From: Verrucomicrobiota bacterium | GTDB lineage: Bacteria; Verrucomicrobiota; Verrucomicrobiia; Limisphaerales; J093 | Assembly: GCA_050012855.1 (NCBI GenBank) | Contig: JBEKGJ010000029.1 | Coordinates: 128 to 64,127 of the forward strand | DNA: 64,000 bases | Direction: 5' to 3' | Shown: positions 46,630 to 55,012 of the stretch, in pieces | Layout of the letters: each line of letters opens with the position of its first letter | How positions within the stretch are numbered: position 1 is the stretch's first letter | Notes under the pieces: generated by a model | Told to the model about the DNA's origin: nothing | Databases searched by the model: none | What the model saw: only the letters and a program-made list of their open reading frames with translations | Made by a program: the position numbers and the translations under genes

Positions 46630-46864
46630 GCGCGGCCCGTTCAGCGCGGACGGCATCCACCTCCGCCTGGATTTCTTCCATGGTCATCGGTTCACCCGGC
46701 AGCGCGCGCAGTTCACGCACCATCTCGAAGAAATCCCTGCGTGCGGATTCCGCTTCCACCTCGCGCTCGATCAACCTCGTCAGGTTTTGCGGATCGAGCA
46801 ACCCCTTCGCCCCGGCCTTGGCGGCCACTGACTCGGTCAAGTCGAGTTGAACGATGATGCTCAT
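46613..46864 (-). CDS. Putative type II antitoxin (83 aa) upstream of the PIN gene
   Basis: 'MSIIVQLDLTESVAAKA...MTMEEIQAEVDAVRAERAARE' is a small acidic/helical protein. Its 3' end overlaps the PIN start region. Confidence 0.55.
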   Translation of the reverse strand: MSIIVQLDLTESVAAKAGAKGLLDPQNLTRLIEREVEAESARRDFFEMVRELRALPGEPMTMEEIQAEVDAVRAERAARENRR

Positions 46865-47059
46865 GACGGGAACAACATGACAGCAACCGACGCACCGTGT
46901 CAAATCAGGCTGGAGGGCGGGTGGGAGCGCAGCACCGTCCGGCGCAGGTCCGAAGACCGGGGCGCATTGGCTACCTTCGAGCGCGTTATTCATGGAGAAG
47001 CTGCTGCGGCTGGTCCGTTGGACCCAGCCGCGCTCCGCTCGCGCCAGGGAGGCCCGCGC

Positions 47060-47140
47060 ATGAGCAAGCAATGGCCAACTGTGCGGCTGGGCGAGGTGCT
47101 GGCGCTCAACAGGAACGCTGAAGGCGTTCAAGAGCATAGC
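47060..47140 (+). pseudogene. hsdS: hsdS 5' fragment (first ~27 codons), cut by a MITE
   Basis: 'MSKQWPTVRLGEVLALNRNAEGVQ' is a typical HsdS TRD start. Confidence 0.5.
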
Positions 47141-47316
47141 CGGGGGTTGAGGAGCACCGCGACGATACCCCCGGATAGACGTCTCCATTTGTCATGCACC
47201 CTGACGGGGTGCGAGAACGGTGCGGGTGATTTACGGCGGACGATTCTGGCACCCCGTCAGGGTGCGGACGATGTTTTGCCCATGGTCCGGGGGTATCGCT
47301 GCGCTCAACCCCCGGC
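47139..47316. repeat. ~180-bp nested-palindrome MITE
   Basis: The outer arms are 'gccgggggttgaggagcaccgcgacgatacccccgga' and 'tccgggggtatcgctgcgctcaacccccggc'. The inner arms are 'gcaccctgacggggtgc' and 'gcaccccgtcagggtgc'. Confidence 0.7.
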
Positions 47317-47346
47317 TGGATTCTGGCATCCCTTCAGGACGCTCAC

Positions 47347-47859
47347 ATGCGGAGGCGCGCGATGAAGCCGTGGCCAATCGTTAGTCTCGCTGAGTTGATT
47401 TGCCTTGAGCGCCGGCCGGTGAAGGTTGAGCCGCAAAAGTACTACCAGGAAATCGGCATCTATTGTTTTGGCCGCGGTATCTTCCACAAGCCGCCCCGAC
47501 CTGGATTTGAAGTCGGCGACAAAGACCTTTTCTTGATGAAGGAGGGCGACTTCATTCTTCGGGTGACGTTTGCCTGGGAGGGCGCGGTCGCGATCGTGTC
47601 GGCTGCTGAAGATGGAATGTATGGCTCGACACGTTATCCAACGTTCCAGGTGGATCAGAGTCGGTGCGTCCCGCTTCCTGCTGAATTATTTCAAAACCGA
47701 AGAAGGGATTCAGCAATTGGTGAAGATATGCCCCGGTTCTGCGGGGCGAAATCGGGTCCTGAGTATCCGGCGAATCTCCGAGGTGCTCGTGCCCCTGCCG
47801 CCGAACTGGACGCGCTACTGCCCGCCATTTTGGATCGGGCATTCAGAGGAGAATTGTGA
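47347..47859 (+). pseudogene. hsdS: Type I R-M specificity subunit, single TRD, frameshifted and internally deleted
   Basis: The TRD 'KPWPIVSLAELI...' is in frame 1. The conserved 'FLLNYFKTEEGIQQLVKICPGSAGRNRVLSIRRISEVLVPLPP' appears only in another frame (47660-47800). The C-terminus 'AELDALLPAILDRAFRGEL*' returns to frame 1. Confidence 0.75.
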
Positions 47860-47873
47860 ACGCATCTGTTTCA

Positions 47874-48047
47874 GGGCCGAAACCCCATCATGTTAGAGCC
47901 TGGGCCGGAGCGAGTCCGACGAGCGAAGGCCCAGGAAGACCGACCCATATAGCACTCTTGACGGGGCTGAAAGCCCCTAATGTGACAGCCTGGGCTGGAG
48001 CGAGTCCGACGAGCGTAGGCCCAGGCCAACCGCCCCATACAATACCC
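47874..48047 (+). repeat. REP array, 2 units, upstream of second RAYT copy
   Basis: It belongs to the same family as 42177-42710, for example 'acagcctgggctggagcgagtccgacgagcgtaggcccagg'. Confidence 0.85.
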
Positions 48048-48071
48048 GAGCCCTGAAGGGGCGTCACAACC

Positions 48072-48523
48072 ATGTCCCAGTCCCTGGCTAACGTCGTGGT
48101 TCACCTCGTGTTCAGCACGAAGGCCCGCCGCCCTCTCCTTCGTGAGGAGGAACGCGGCCAACTCCATGCTTACATCACGGCATCCTCAAGAACCAGGACT
48201 CGCCGCTCATCGAAGTCAATTCCGTTCGCGACCACATCCACATTTTGTTCGCGCAGTCGAAGAACCATGTGCCCGCGAGCATCGTGGAGCAGGTCAAGAG
48301 TTCGTCCAGCGGTTGGATCAAGGGGCAGCACGCGTGGTATGCTGATTTCGCGTGGCAGACGGGCTACGGCGAATTCAGTGTCAGTCCGATGGACGTCGAG
48401 GAGGTGCGGGAGTACATCCGCCATCAACCGGAGCGCCACCGGCAGGAAGACTTCCAAACCGAGTTCCGCCGGTTTTGCGAAAAGAATGGCAAACCGCTGG
48501 ATGAGCGCTATGCTTGGGATTAA
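48072..48523 (+). pseudogene. RAYT transposase, second copy, frameshifted
   Basis: The first 36 codons 'MSQSLANVVVHLVFSTKARRPLLREEERGQLHAYIT' are in one frame. The remainder, 'FAQSKNHVPASIVEQVKSSSSGWIK...REYIRHQPERH...', is in another. Confidence 0.85.
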
Positions 48524-48625
48524 ACCGAATGGGGTTCTGGCGGTATGCGGGCGGCTTCCGCGGCAGGGATCTCGAACTTCGGTCCCGCCCCTGCAGGGCG
48601 GTGGAGAATTGCCTGGTGACTTCTT

Positions 48626-48681
48626 CCTGGGGCTTCGCTCGGCGCTTCACCCCAGGCTCTCACAGGACGGGCTTTCGGCCC
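48626..48681 (-). repeat. Inverted REP copy downstream of second RAYT
   Basis: The sequence is 'cctggggcttcgctcggcgcttcaccccaggctctcacaggacgggctttcggccc'. Confidence 0.6.
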
Positions 48682-48689
48682 TCCGCCTG

Positions 48690-48764
48690 CAAGCCGAGAC
48701 CGCTGACGAACTGGACGCGCTCTTGCCCGCCGTTTTGGACCGGGTCTTCAAAGGAGAATTGTGA
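48690..48764 (+). pseudogene. hsdS: hsdS 3'-terminal remnant, copy 2
   Basis: It translates to 'QAETADELDALLPAVLDRVFKGEL*'. Its 'aaaggagaa' serves as the RBS of the next gene. Confidence 0.6.
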
Positions 48765-48765
48765 T

Positions 48766-49320
48766 ATGGCCAAGAAAAAAGAATTTCCGTTGGCACAAGT
48801 GTATGGGTTGCTCGAACCCGGCCCGGTGGTGCTGGTGACAACGGCCCGCGTGGGACGAGCGAACATCATGCCCATGTCGTGGCATACGATGATGGAGTTT
48901 GTGCCGCCGCTCGTGGGCTGCGTGATCAGCAGCCAAAACCACACGTTTGAAATGTTGCGGGCGACGGGAGAATGCGTGATTAATGTGCCGACGGTGGAAC
49001 TGGCTAAGAAGGTGGTGAGTTGCGGAAACACTTCCGGTCGGTCGGTGGACAAGTTCAAAACCTTTGGCCTCACGCCGGTGGCGGCCACGGCCGTCATGGC
49101 CCCGCTCATCGCTGAGTGTTATGCCAATTTGGAATGCAAGGTGATTGATCGAAAACTGGTGACCCAATACAATTTCTTTATCCTGGAGGTCGTCAAGGCG
49201 TGGATTGATCCGCGTCGGAAACGGCCCCGGACGATTCATCATCAGGGAGAAGGTGTGTTCGCGATTCCGGACCGGACGATCAAACTGCCTTCGCCAAAAA
49301 CTTCCTTCCTCACAAAATGA
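48766..49320 (+). CDS. Flavin reductase-like FMN-binding domain protein
   Basis: 'GPVVLVTTARVGRANIMPMSWHTMMEFVPPLVGCVIS' is the flavin reductase/DIM6-NTAB fold signature. Confidence 0.85.
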   Translation: MAKKKEFPLAQVYGLLEPGPVVLVTTARVGRANIMPMSWHTMMEFVPPLVGCVISSQNHTFEMLRATGECVINVPTVELAKKVVSCGNTSGRSVDKFKTFGLTPVAATAVMAPLIAECYANLECKVIDRKLVTQYNFFILEVVKAWIDPRRKRPRTIHHQGEGVFAIPDRTIKLPSPKTSFLTK

Positions 49321-49328
49321 AGCGCCGG

Positions 49329-49403
49329 CAAGCCGAGACCGCCGCCGAACTGGACGCGCTGTTGCCCGCCATTTTGGACCGGGCTTTTAAGGGAAAGCTG
49401 TGA
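49329..49403 (+). pseudogene. hsdS: hsdS 3'-terminal remnant, copy 3
   Basis: It translates to 'QAETAAELDALLPAILDRAFKGKL*'. Confidence 0.6.
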
Positions 49404-49425
49404 AACGGAAGCCAGCGTCGAACAA

Positions 49426-49469
49426 CGACACCTCACCTTGCATCCTCTCCCCGTTCGAGGCGGAGAGGA
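49426..49469 (-). repeat. 'ggagaggg' hairpin MITE, copy 3 (inverted)
   Basis: 'cgacacctcaccttgcatcctctccccgttcgaggcggagagga' is the reverse complement of the element seen at 41651 and 41878. Confidence 0.7.
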
Positions 49470-49591
49470 AACCCGCCATCCGTAACCGCGCGTGGACTCG
49501 CTCGCTGCCCGCCCGGTCGGGCTTCGCCCTTTCGCTCGGGGAAAGTCGTCTCGCGCGTTCCCGGCGCGTTCGGCTCAAAAGATAACTCTAA

Positions 49592-49861
49592 ATGAAATCC
49601 GGCTACACCGCACGCCAGGGCCAGTTTCTTGCCTACATCCATCAATACAGCATCCTGAACGGTTGCGCGCCAGCCGAGGTTGACATGGAACGGTTCTTCG
49701 GGGTGACGCCGCCGACGGTGCATCAGATGGTGCTCAGGCTGGAGCGGCGTGGATTCATCCGGCGTGTCCCCGGCCAGGCGCGCAGTATCGCCCTGATCGT
49801 TTCCCCCGACTCGCTCCCTCTTCTGACCCGCCCCCAAGGCCGCGCGTTCAAGGGAGATTGA
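49592..49861 (+). CDS. Small winged-helix DNA-binding protein (LexA-N/MarR-like)
   Basis: 'LTARQGQFLAYIHQY....FFGVTPPTVHQMVLRLERRGFIRR' has a wHTH pattern. Confidence 0.65.
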   Translation: MKSGYTARQGQFLAYIHQYSILNGCAPAEVDMERFFGVTPPTVHQMVLRLERRGFIRRVPGQARSIALIVSPDSLPLLTRPQGRAFKGD

Positions 49862-49961
49862 GCCGCCGTGCTCCGCGGCCGTGACTGCTCGTTCCACCTC
49901 CGTTGCGTGCAAGAAGATGGGGCGGCGACGCAGCACCACCCCCACCCGGCCCGCCCAACAT

Positions 49962-50009
49962 CGGGCCGCCACCCATGCGAAGTGCGAATGACGAATGACG
50001 AACGGTGGG
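49962..50009 (+). repeat. 7-nt-periodic intergenic element (copy H3), left member of an inverted pair
   Basis: The sequence is 'cgggccgccacccatgcgaagtgcgaatgacgaatgacgaacggtggg'. Its first 26 nt are the perfect reverse complement of 54803-54828. Confidence 0.7.
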
Positions 50010-50039
50010 GCGCGGATCGCCGGGCCGCGACGTTCCCGT

Positions 50040-51239
50040 TCAACCGGTCACGGTGATGCCGCGCTCCGCGAAACGCGCGAGCGTCCATGCGTATTCCGCC
50101 GCCAGTTGGTCCACCACATGGCCGGCACGCAGTTCCGGCGGCAGGACTTCCCACGTGTACGTCTCCATCTCGAAATGCGCGCACGCGTCCGGGTGGGCGG
50201 CGACGTAGTCGAGCACCCCGAGCAGGTGATCGGTGGTCGTGCCAAAGACCGGCGTCGGCGCGGCGTGGAGGGGGATGTGAAAATGCACGCGCCATTCCGA
50301 CGAGGGGTGAACGACGAGGGGCGATGTTCGAGCGTCCAAGAACGAGGTTCGAGCAAGGGCTTCGGAAAGATCGCGGAACCACTGCAACCGCCCGTCGGCC
50401 AACCGGGCCACGACCTGGTGCAGGTAGGTTGCATCGGCGAACGCCGCCAGTGCCGCGCGGGCGGCCGGCGTCGGATGCAATTTGAGCGCCGAGCTGAGGT
50501 GGATTTTGCTCAGCAGGATGCCGTTTTCGCGGAGGCGGTTCAACGCCACCGCCGGTTCCTCAAATTCGATGGCCAGGTGGCAGGCGTCGTAATTCACGCC
50601 GAGGTGAAACTCGATGCGATGATCGGTCGGCCGGTCGTCGCGCAACCGGTCGAAGAAGCGCACGACTTCGTCGCTGGTTTCGAGGTAACAGAGCGGCTCG
50701 GGCTCGAGCCCCAGGTGGAGCTTGCGGCCGGTGCGTTCGCTGAGGGCCGCGATGTGTTCGACACAGAGCCAGAGGTTGCGGCGCATTGCGCGGGCCTGGT
50801 CGTCCGTGTGGATGAATTCCTTGAACGAGCCGGGAACGGTGCTGACGCTGCCGGCGATATCCGATGGCACCAGTTGCGCCAGCAGATCGAACAATCGCCT
50901 GGTGTAGTCGAGCCGTTCCTGGGTGGTCCAGTCGGGCGCATAGACCTGTTCCTTCACTGCAGCACCGTGGAAGCGACCGAAGGGAAAGCCATTGATCGTA
51001 AAAACATAGCAGTCGTGGCGATCGAGCCAGCGCTGAAACGCAGCCAAGGTGGCCGGCTCACCCAGTTCGCGGGCGGCGAGGTCACCCAGTCGCAGGCCGA
51101 TGGCGTACGGGCGGCCGGGGGCGACGCGCTCGCGGACGGCGAGCGTGTGGCGTTCGAGGCTGGCCAGGATTTCCGGCCAGCTTTCGCCCCGGTGGATGTT
51201 CGTGCAATAGGCGAGATGGCGATGATGCGCGAGCTTCAT
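50040..51239 (-). CDS. Xylose-isomerase-like TIM-barrel protein, EboE-like ('metabolite traffic protein')
   Basis: 'HLAYCTNIHRGESWPEI', 'YAIGLRLGDLAAREL', 'CYVFTINGFPFGRFHGAAVKEQVYAPDWTTQERLDYT' and 'GSVSTVPGSFKEF' match my memory of EboE. Confidence 0.75.
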   Translation of the reverse strand: MKLAHHRHLAYCTNIHRGESWPEILASLERHTLAVRERVAPGRPYAIGLRLGDLAARELGEPATLAAFQRWLDRHDCYVFTINGFPFGRFHGAAVKEQVYAPDWTTQERLDYTRRLFDLLAQLVPSDIAGSVSTVPGSFKEFIHTDDQARAMRRNLWLCVEHIAALSERTGRKLHLGLEPEPLCYLETSDEVVRFFDRLRDDRPTDHRIEFHLGVNYDACHLAIEFEEPAVALNRLRENGILLSKIHLSSALKLHPTPAARAALAAFADATYLHQVVARLADGRLQWFRDLSEALARTSFLDARTSPLVVHPSSEWRVHFHIPLHAAPTPVFGTTTDHLLGVLDYVAAHPDACAHFEMETYTWEVLPPELRAGHVVDQLAAEYAWTLARFAERGITVTG

Positions 51240-51293
51240 GCTGACGTCATTTTCGCCGCGCGCCGGTCGGGTGCAAAGCAAAACCAGCCCGGC

Positions 51294-52883
51294 TCAACCT
51301 GCCGGTGTCGTTGCCGCCGGCCGGAACGGCTCCGCGGCGAGTTCGCGGAACCGCTGGCCCAATTCCTCGCGGGCCTTGAGCAGGAAATACCCGTCGGTCG
51401 TGCCGCACACGACCAGCCAGAACAGCCAGATCCACCCGAGCTCGGTCGGTGCGCCCGTGAAGGTCAGCAGGGCGAGGAAGATCAACCAGGGCAGGATCAT
51501 GATGCGCAACACCGCGCCGGTAAATGCCTGGTTGGGTTTGCGTCGGACCAGTCCCAGCCAGGAGCCGACCCAGCACAGGGTCAGCAAATCCGCGACGAAA
51601 ACCAGCATCGTGACCAGTGCCGCGCCCCCCATGCTGGTGTCGTTGCCGCCCAGGACGGCCCCGATGCCCAAGGCGAGGAACTCCATGAGCAGGACGACCA
51701 TCACGGGTTTGGCAAACATGCGCCGCATCGCCTGCATCTGGCCCGTGAGAATCTCGGGCACGTCGAGCGGCGTGGTGAGCAGCAGTTCCAGCGCGCCGGT
51801 GGTGCGGTCCTCAGCCCAGCGGTGAGCCGCCTCGGAGGCCATGAGCCACTTGAACGGCGTCTGGAGGAAGATCGCCACGGCGGCGGTCATACTCCAGCTC
51901 CACCAGTCGCGTCCCAGCAACCCTCCGCCCAGCAGCCACACCCCGAGGGCGATGCCGATGAGCCAGTTCAGGAGCAAGGGTTTCATCCGGTTGCGGCTGG
52001 CGAGCCACAGGATGGGGTTCTGGTCGAGCATCCGGCGGCGGAACTCACGCCGGCCGGCGCGGCTCCCGAAGTTCCATGCGTGCCACCGCGCCTGCCAGCT
52101 CCGCAACCAACCGGTGGCCGGCCGTTCGAGGAAACCGCGTGAGACGGCGCGACTGGCCCAAAGCAACGCCACCCACGCCAGCGCGTGCGTGCCAACGAGT
52201 GAGAGCAGGAATCTCACATCGGAAAAGCTGAACTGCGCCTGGGCGGCGAGGATGGCCGCCGGTGTTGGGCTCAGCGCCGTCAGCGCCCAGTCGCCCACAT
52301 TGCCCCGGGGGATGTTCCCATTGGCGACCGCCGCGCAGAAGGCCAGCAGAAAGAGCAGAAAAAAGGTCATCGCCAGGGCACTGCGCGCTTCGCGGCAGAA
52401 GGCAGAAACCACCATCCCGAGCGCCAGCGAGAGAAACAGCGTGTTGCCCAGCGCCAGGGCCATGCCGCCGAACTGCATCAGCGACACGCCGCCGAGCAGC
52501 AGCGGCAGCGCCAGCACCGGCAGGATCGCGAGCAGGCTGAACATCGCCGGCACCGCGGCCCCGGCGAGCTTTCCGAACACGATGTCGTAACCGTGCAGGT
52601 CGGTCAGGAAGAGCAACCCGAGCGTGCCTTCGCGTCGTTCCGCACTGAGTGTGTCGGCAGTGAACAGCGGCCCGGCGCCGAGGCAGAAGACAAAGGCGCA
52701 CGCGGTCAGGGCTTGGAACAACTCGAGGCCCATGCCTCCGGCGCTCTGCCAGTCGGCGCCGAACCAGAGCGTCCACCCGCCGAGCACGATGGCCGCGACC
52801 GCGGCCGCCAGCCGGGTCCGGAACGCGTTGCGCCGCCGCGCGGCGACGCGCAGCTCCCGTCCAACGATGGGCAAAAACGTCAT
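51294..52883 (-). CDS. Twin-domain ABC-2-type permease (paralog 1)
   Basis: The ABC-2 motif occurs twice, as 'SAERREGTLGLLFLTDL' (N-terminal half) and 'AEDRTTGALELLLTTPL' (C-terminal half). There are about 12 TM segments. Confidence 0.8.
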   Translation of the reverse strand: MTFLPIVGRELRVAARRRNAFRTRLAAAVAAIVLGGWTLWFGADWQSAGGMGLELFQALTACAFVFCLGAGPLFTADTLSAERREGTLGLLFLTDLHGYDIVFGKLAGAAVPAMFSLLAILPVLALPLLLGGVSLMQFGGMALALGNTLFLSLALGMVVSAFCREARSALAMTFFLLFLLAFCAAVANGNIPRGNVGDWALTALSPTPAAILAAQAQFSFSDVRFLLSLVGTHALAWVALLWASRAVSRGFLERPATGWLRSWQARWHAWNFGSRAGRREFRRRMLDQNPILWLASRNRMKPLLLNWLIGIALGVWLLGGGLLGRDWWSWSMTAAVAIFLQTPFKWLMASEAAHRWAEDRTTGALELLLTTPLDVPEILTGQMQAMRRMFAKPVMVVLLMEFLALGIGAVLGGNDTSMGGAALVTMLVFVADLLTLCWVGSWLGLVRRKPNQAFTGAVLRIMILPWLIFLALLTFTGAPTELGWIWLFWLVVCGTTDGYFLLKAREELGQRFRELAAEPFRPAATTPAG

Positions 52884-52941
52884 CGCGTGCCGGCCCTCCG
52901 GACCAGTGGTCGCAGGTTTTGACCGACTGCCGATCGAGTCG

Positions 52942-54705
52942 TCACGTTTGGTCTCCGGCCGGGAGACTCAGGCGGCCGCTGTTGGTGACCAGCGTGAGCG
53001 TTCTCGCGTCCGGCATCGGAGTCCGCCCCCGTTTCCACCAACGCGGGCCCCGGTGGGGTGGAGCCTCGACCTGCGCGGCCGCGGTGCGGAAGTGATGGTG
53101 CAACTGGTGGCGGGCCCACAGGGTGAACGTGAGGTTTTTCAGCACCCAGGCGGTCGGGTGGACGAGGGCGTGCGTGACGGCCGAGGTCGGCAGCAGGGCC
53201 TGTAGCCAGGGATGGCGCATGGCAAAATTCCAGAAGGCCGGGGGCAGGCTCGACAGGCCGGGCAGGACGTAGCTCAACGTCCAGGGCAACAGCACCACCC
53301 ACGCGAACGTGAGAAAAATGGCCAGCGTGGCCCGCCGGCAGGACACGCTGAACCAGGTGCCCATCCAGCAGATGGCCACGACATCGGTGATGAAGCTGAT
53401 GAAACTGCCCCCTGCGGACGCCAGCAGGTAGCCGGGCGGGATCAGGTTCGTGTTGCGCAGGCCGCCGTTCAACCACCAGGAGCCGATCACATAGAACACA
53501 TGGAGGGCGCCGATGACGACCACCGGTCCGGCGAACAGGATGGTCAGCGCCCGCCGGTGTCCGCGCAGCATCGTTCGCACCGGGACGGGCGTGGTGAGGA
53601 TCAACTCCAGCGTGCCCGTGCGGCGCAGCTCGATCCAGAAGCGGCAAGCCATCACGGTCACCCAAACCCGGTTGGTAAAAACGAGCGTGGTCGAGAAGTA
53701 AACGTGAAACTGGGAGCTGGCCGGGGCGAGCCGATAGCCGATGGTGAGCCAATAGACATTGATCGCCACCAGCGCCACCAGCGTCCAGAACACATAATGC
53801 GGCCAGCGCAACCGCGCGGCGAGGGCGGCCACGGGATTGCGTTCGAGCCGGCGCCGGAAGACGCGTCGCCAGCGGTTCGTATAACCCAGCCGCCAGAACC
53901 AGCGGCTCGTCGTGGGCTTCTCCGCCGGGTGGTCGCGCCAAACGCGCGGCACCACCAGCACGGTAATCAGCAGAAACAGCCAGCCGAGGCCATGCACGAG
54001 TTTGAGGGACAGCCAATAAGTGCCCGGCGACACCCGAAAGGACGCGTCCATCGCAAGGTAGCCGGTGAAGGCCGGGCTGAGCAGCGCGAGCAGCGGCGCG
54101 CCGGTCATCGCGTGCGTGAAGAACCGGGTCGTGAGGACCAGCGCGAGCCCCGGCAACAGGCCGGTGAGTCCCAAGGTGAGGATCGCTGCCGCCAGCGTGG
54201 CCTTGGCCTGTTCCCGGCTGAGCAGCGAAACGAATATCCCCGCGGTGAGCGAAAACAGCATCGCATTCACGATGGCGAGCGCGACCCGGCCGTATTCACC
54301 CGGGGTCACGCCGCCCAGGAGCAACGGCAGGCCCAGGGCCGGGAGCATGGCCAGCAACCCGTGGAACCCCGCCAGGGACGCGGCGACCCATTTGCCCAGC
54401 ACTACGTCGTAGCTGTGCAGGTCGGTCAGGAACAACAGGCCGAGCGTGCCGTCGCGCTTTTCTTCGCTGAGGCAGTCCGCCGTGAAGAACGGTCCCACCA
54501 GCAGGCAATAGCTGAAGGCGAGCACGGTCAGGTAAACGAACAGGGTCGGCCCCACGGTGGCGGGCGGTTGCTGCCGCGAGGCCAACAGGCAGATCCAGGC
54601 GCAAATGATCAGCGCCGCGCCGGCCGCGCCCACGCGCAGCCAGTAGGTCCGGCTCCGGCGCGCGTTGACCAGCAACTCCCGGTTCACGATGGGCAGCCAC
54701 GTCAT
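52942..54705 (-). CDS. Twin-domain ABC-2-type permease (paralog 2)
   Basis: It has 'SEEKRDGTLGLLFLTDL' and 'ELRRTGTLELILTTPV'. The N-terminus 'MTWLPIVNRELLVNARR' parallels paralog 1's 'MTFLPIVGRELRVAARR'. Confidence 0.8.
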   Translation of the reverse strand: MTWLPIVNRELLVNARRSRTYWLRVGAAGAALIICAWICLLASRQQPPATVGPTLFVYLTVLAFSYCLLVGPFFTADCLSEEKRDGTLGLLFLTDLHSYDVVLGKWVAASLAGFHGLLAMLPALGLPLLLGGVTPGEYGRVALAIVNAMLFSLTAGIFVSLLSREQAKATLAAAILTLGLTGLLPGLALVLTTRFFTHAMTGAPLLALLSPAFTGYLAMDASFRVSPGTYWLSLKLVHGLGWLFLLITVLVVPRVWRDHPAEKPTTSRWFWRLGYTNRWRRVFRRRLERNPVAALAARLRWPHYVFWTLVALVAINVYWLTIGYRLAPASSQFHVYFSTTLVFTNRVWVTVMACRFWIELRRTGTLELILTTPVPVRTMLRGHRRALTILFAGPVVVIGALHVFYVIGSWWLNGGLRNTNLIPPGYLLASAGGSFISFITDVVAICWMGTWFSVSCRRATLAIFLTFAWVVLLPWTLSYVLPGLSSLPPAFWNFAMRHPWLQALLPTSAVTHALVHPTAWVLKNLTFTLWARHQLHHHFRTAAAQVEAPPHRGPRWWKRGRTPMPDARTLTLVTNSGRLSLPAGDQT

Positions 54706-54770
54706 CGCGCCGAATCTAAGGCCGGCCGGCCAAAGTCCAAAGGGGAAAGTCCGCGTGACCCGCCGGTCCT

Positions 54771-54830
54771 CAGCCCACCGTCCATTACTCGCACTTCGTC
54801 ACTCGCACTTCGCATGGGTGGCGGCCCGTT
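54771..54830 (-). repeat. 7-nt-periodic intergenic element (copy H4), right member of the inverted pair
   Basis: The sequence is 'cccaccgtccattactcgcacttcgtcactcgcacttcgcatgggtggcggcccg'. Confidence 0.7.
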
Positions 54831-55012
54831 GCTGAGAGCCGCTACGACGGGCCGGATGCGTTCGTAGCTGCCGTCGGAAGACGGTGGCCATCTTTGCGAT
54901 CAGCGGCTCTCTGCCGAGAGCCGCTACGTTGCCTGGCTCGGGCGGGTTTTGTTCTCGTTGTAATTGGCCGTAAATCTGCTCTTAATCGGCTGTCTCCCAA
55001 GCCAACCTCGCC

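Noticed and set aside
51247-51576. Small ORFs bridging the eboE-like/permease junction, considered as a possible missing ATPase.
   Set aside because: They are too short, are Arg/Pro-rich, and have no Walker A/B motifs.
49995-52142. A 715-aa plus-strand ORF. Also 53212..54867 (+, 551 aa) and 57670..59325 (+, 551 aa).
   Set aside because: These are antisense shadows of the eboE-like, ABC-2 permease and DUF4019/SPFH genes. Their composition is R/G/Q/H/E-rich with no motifs.
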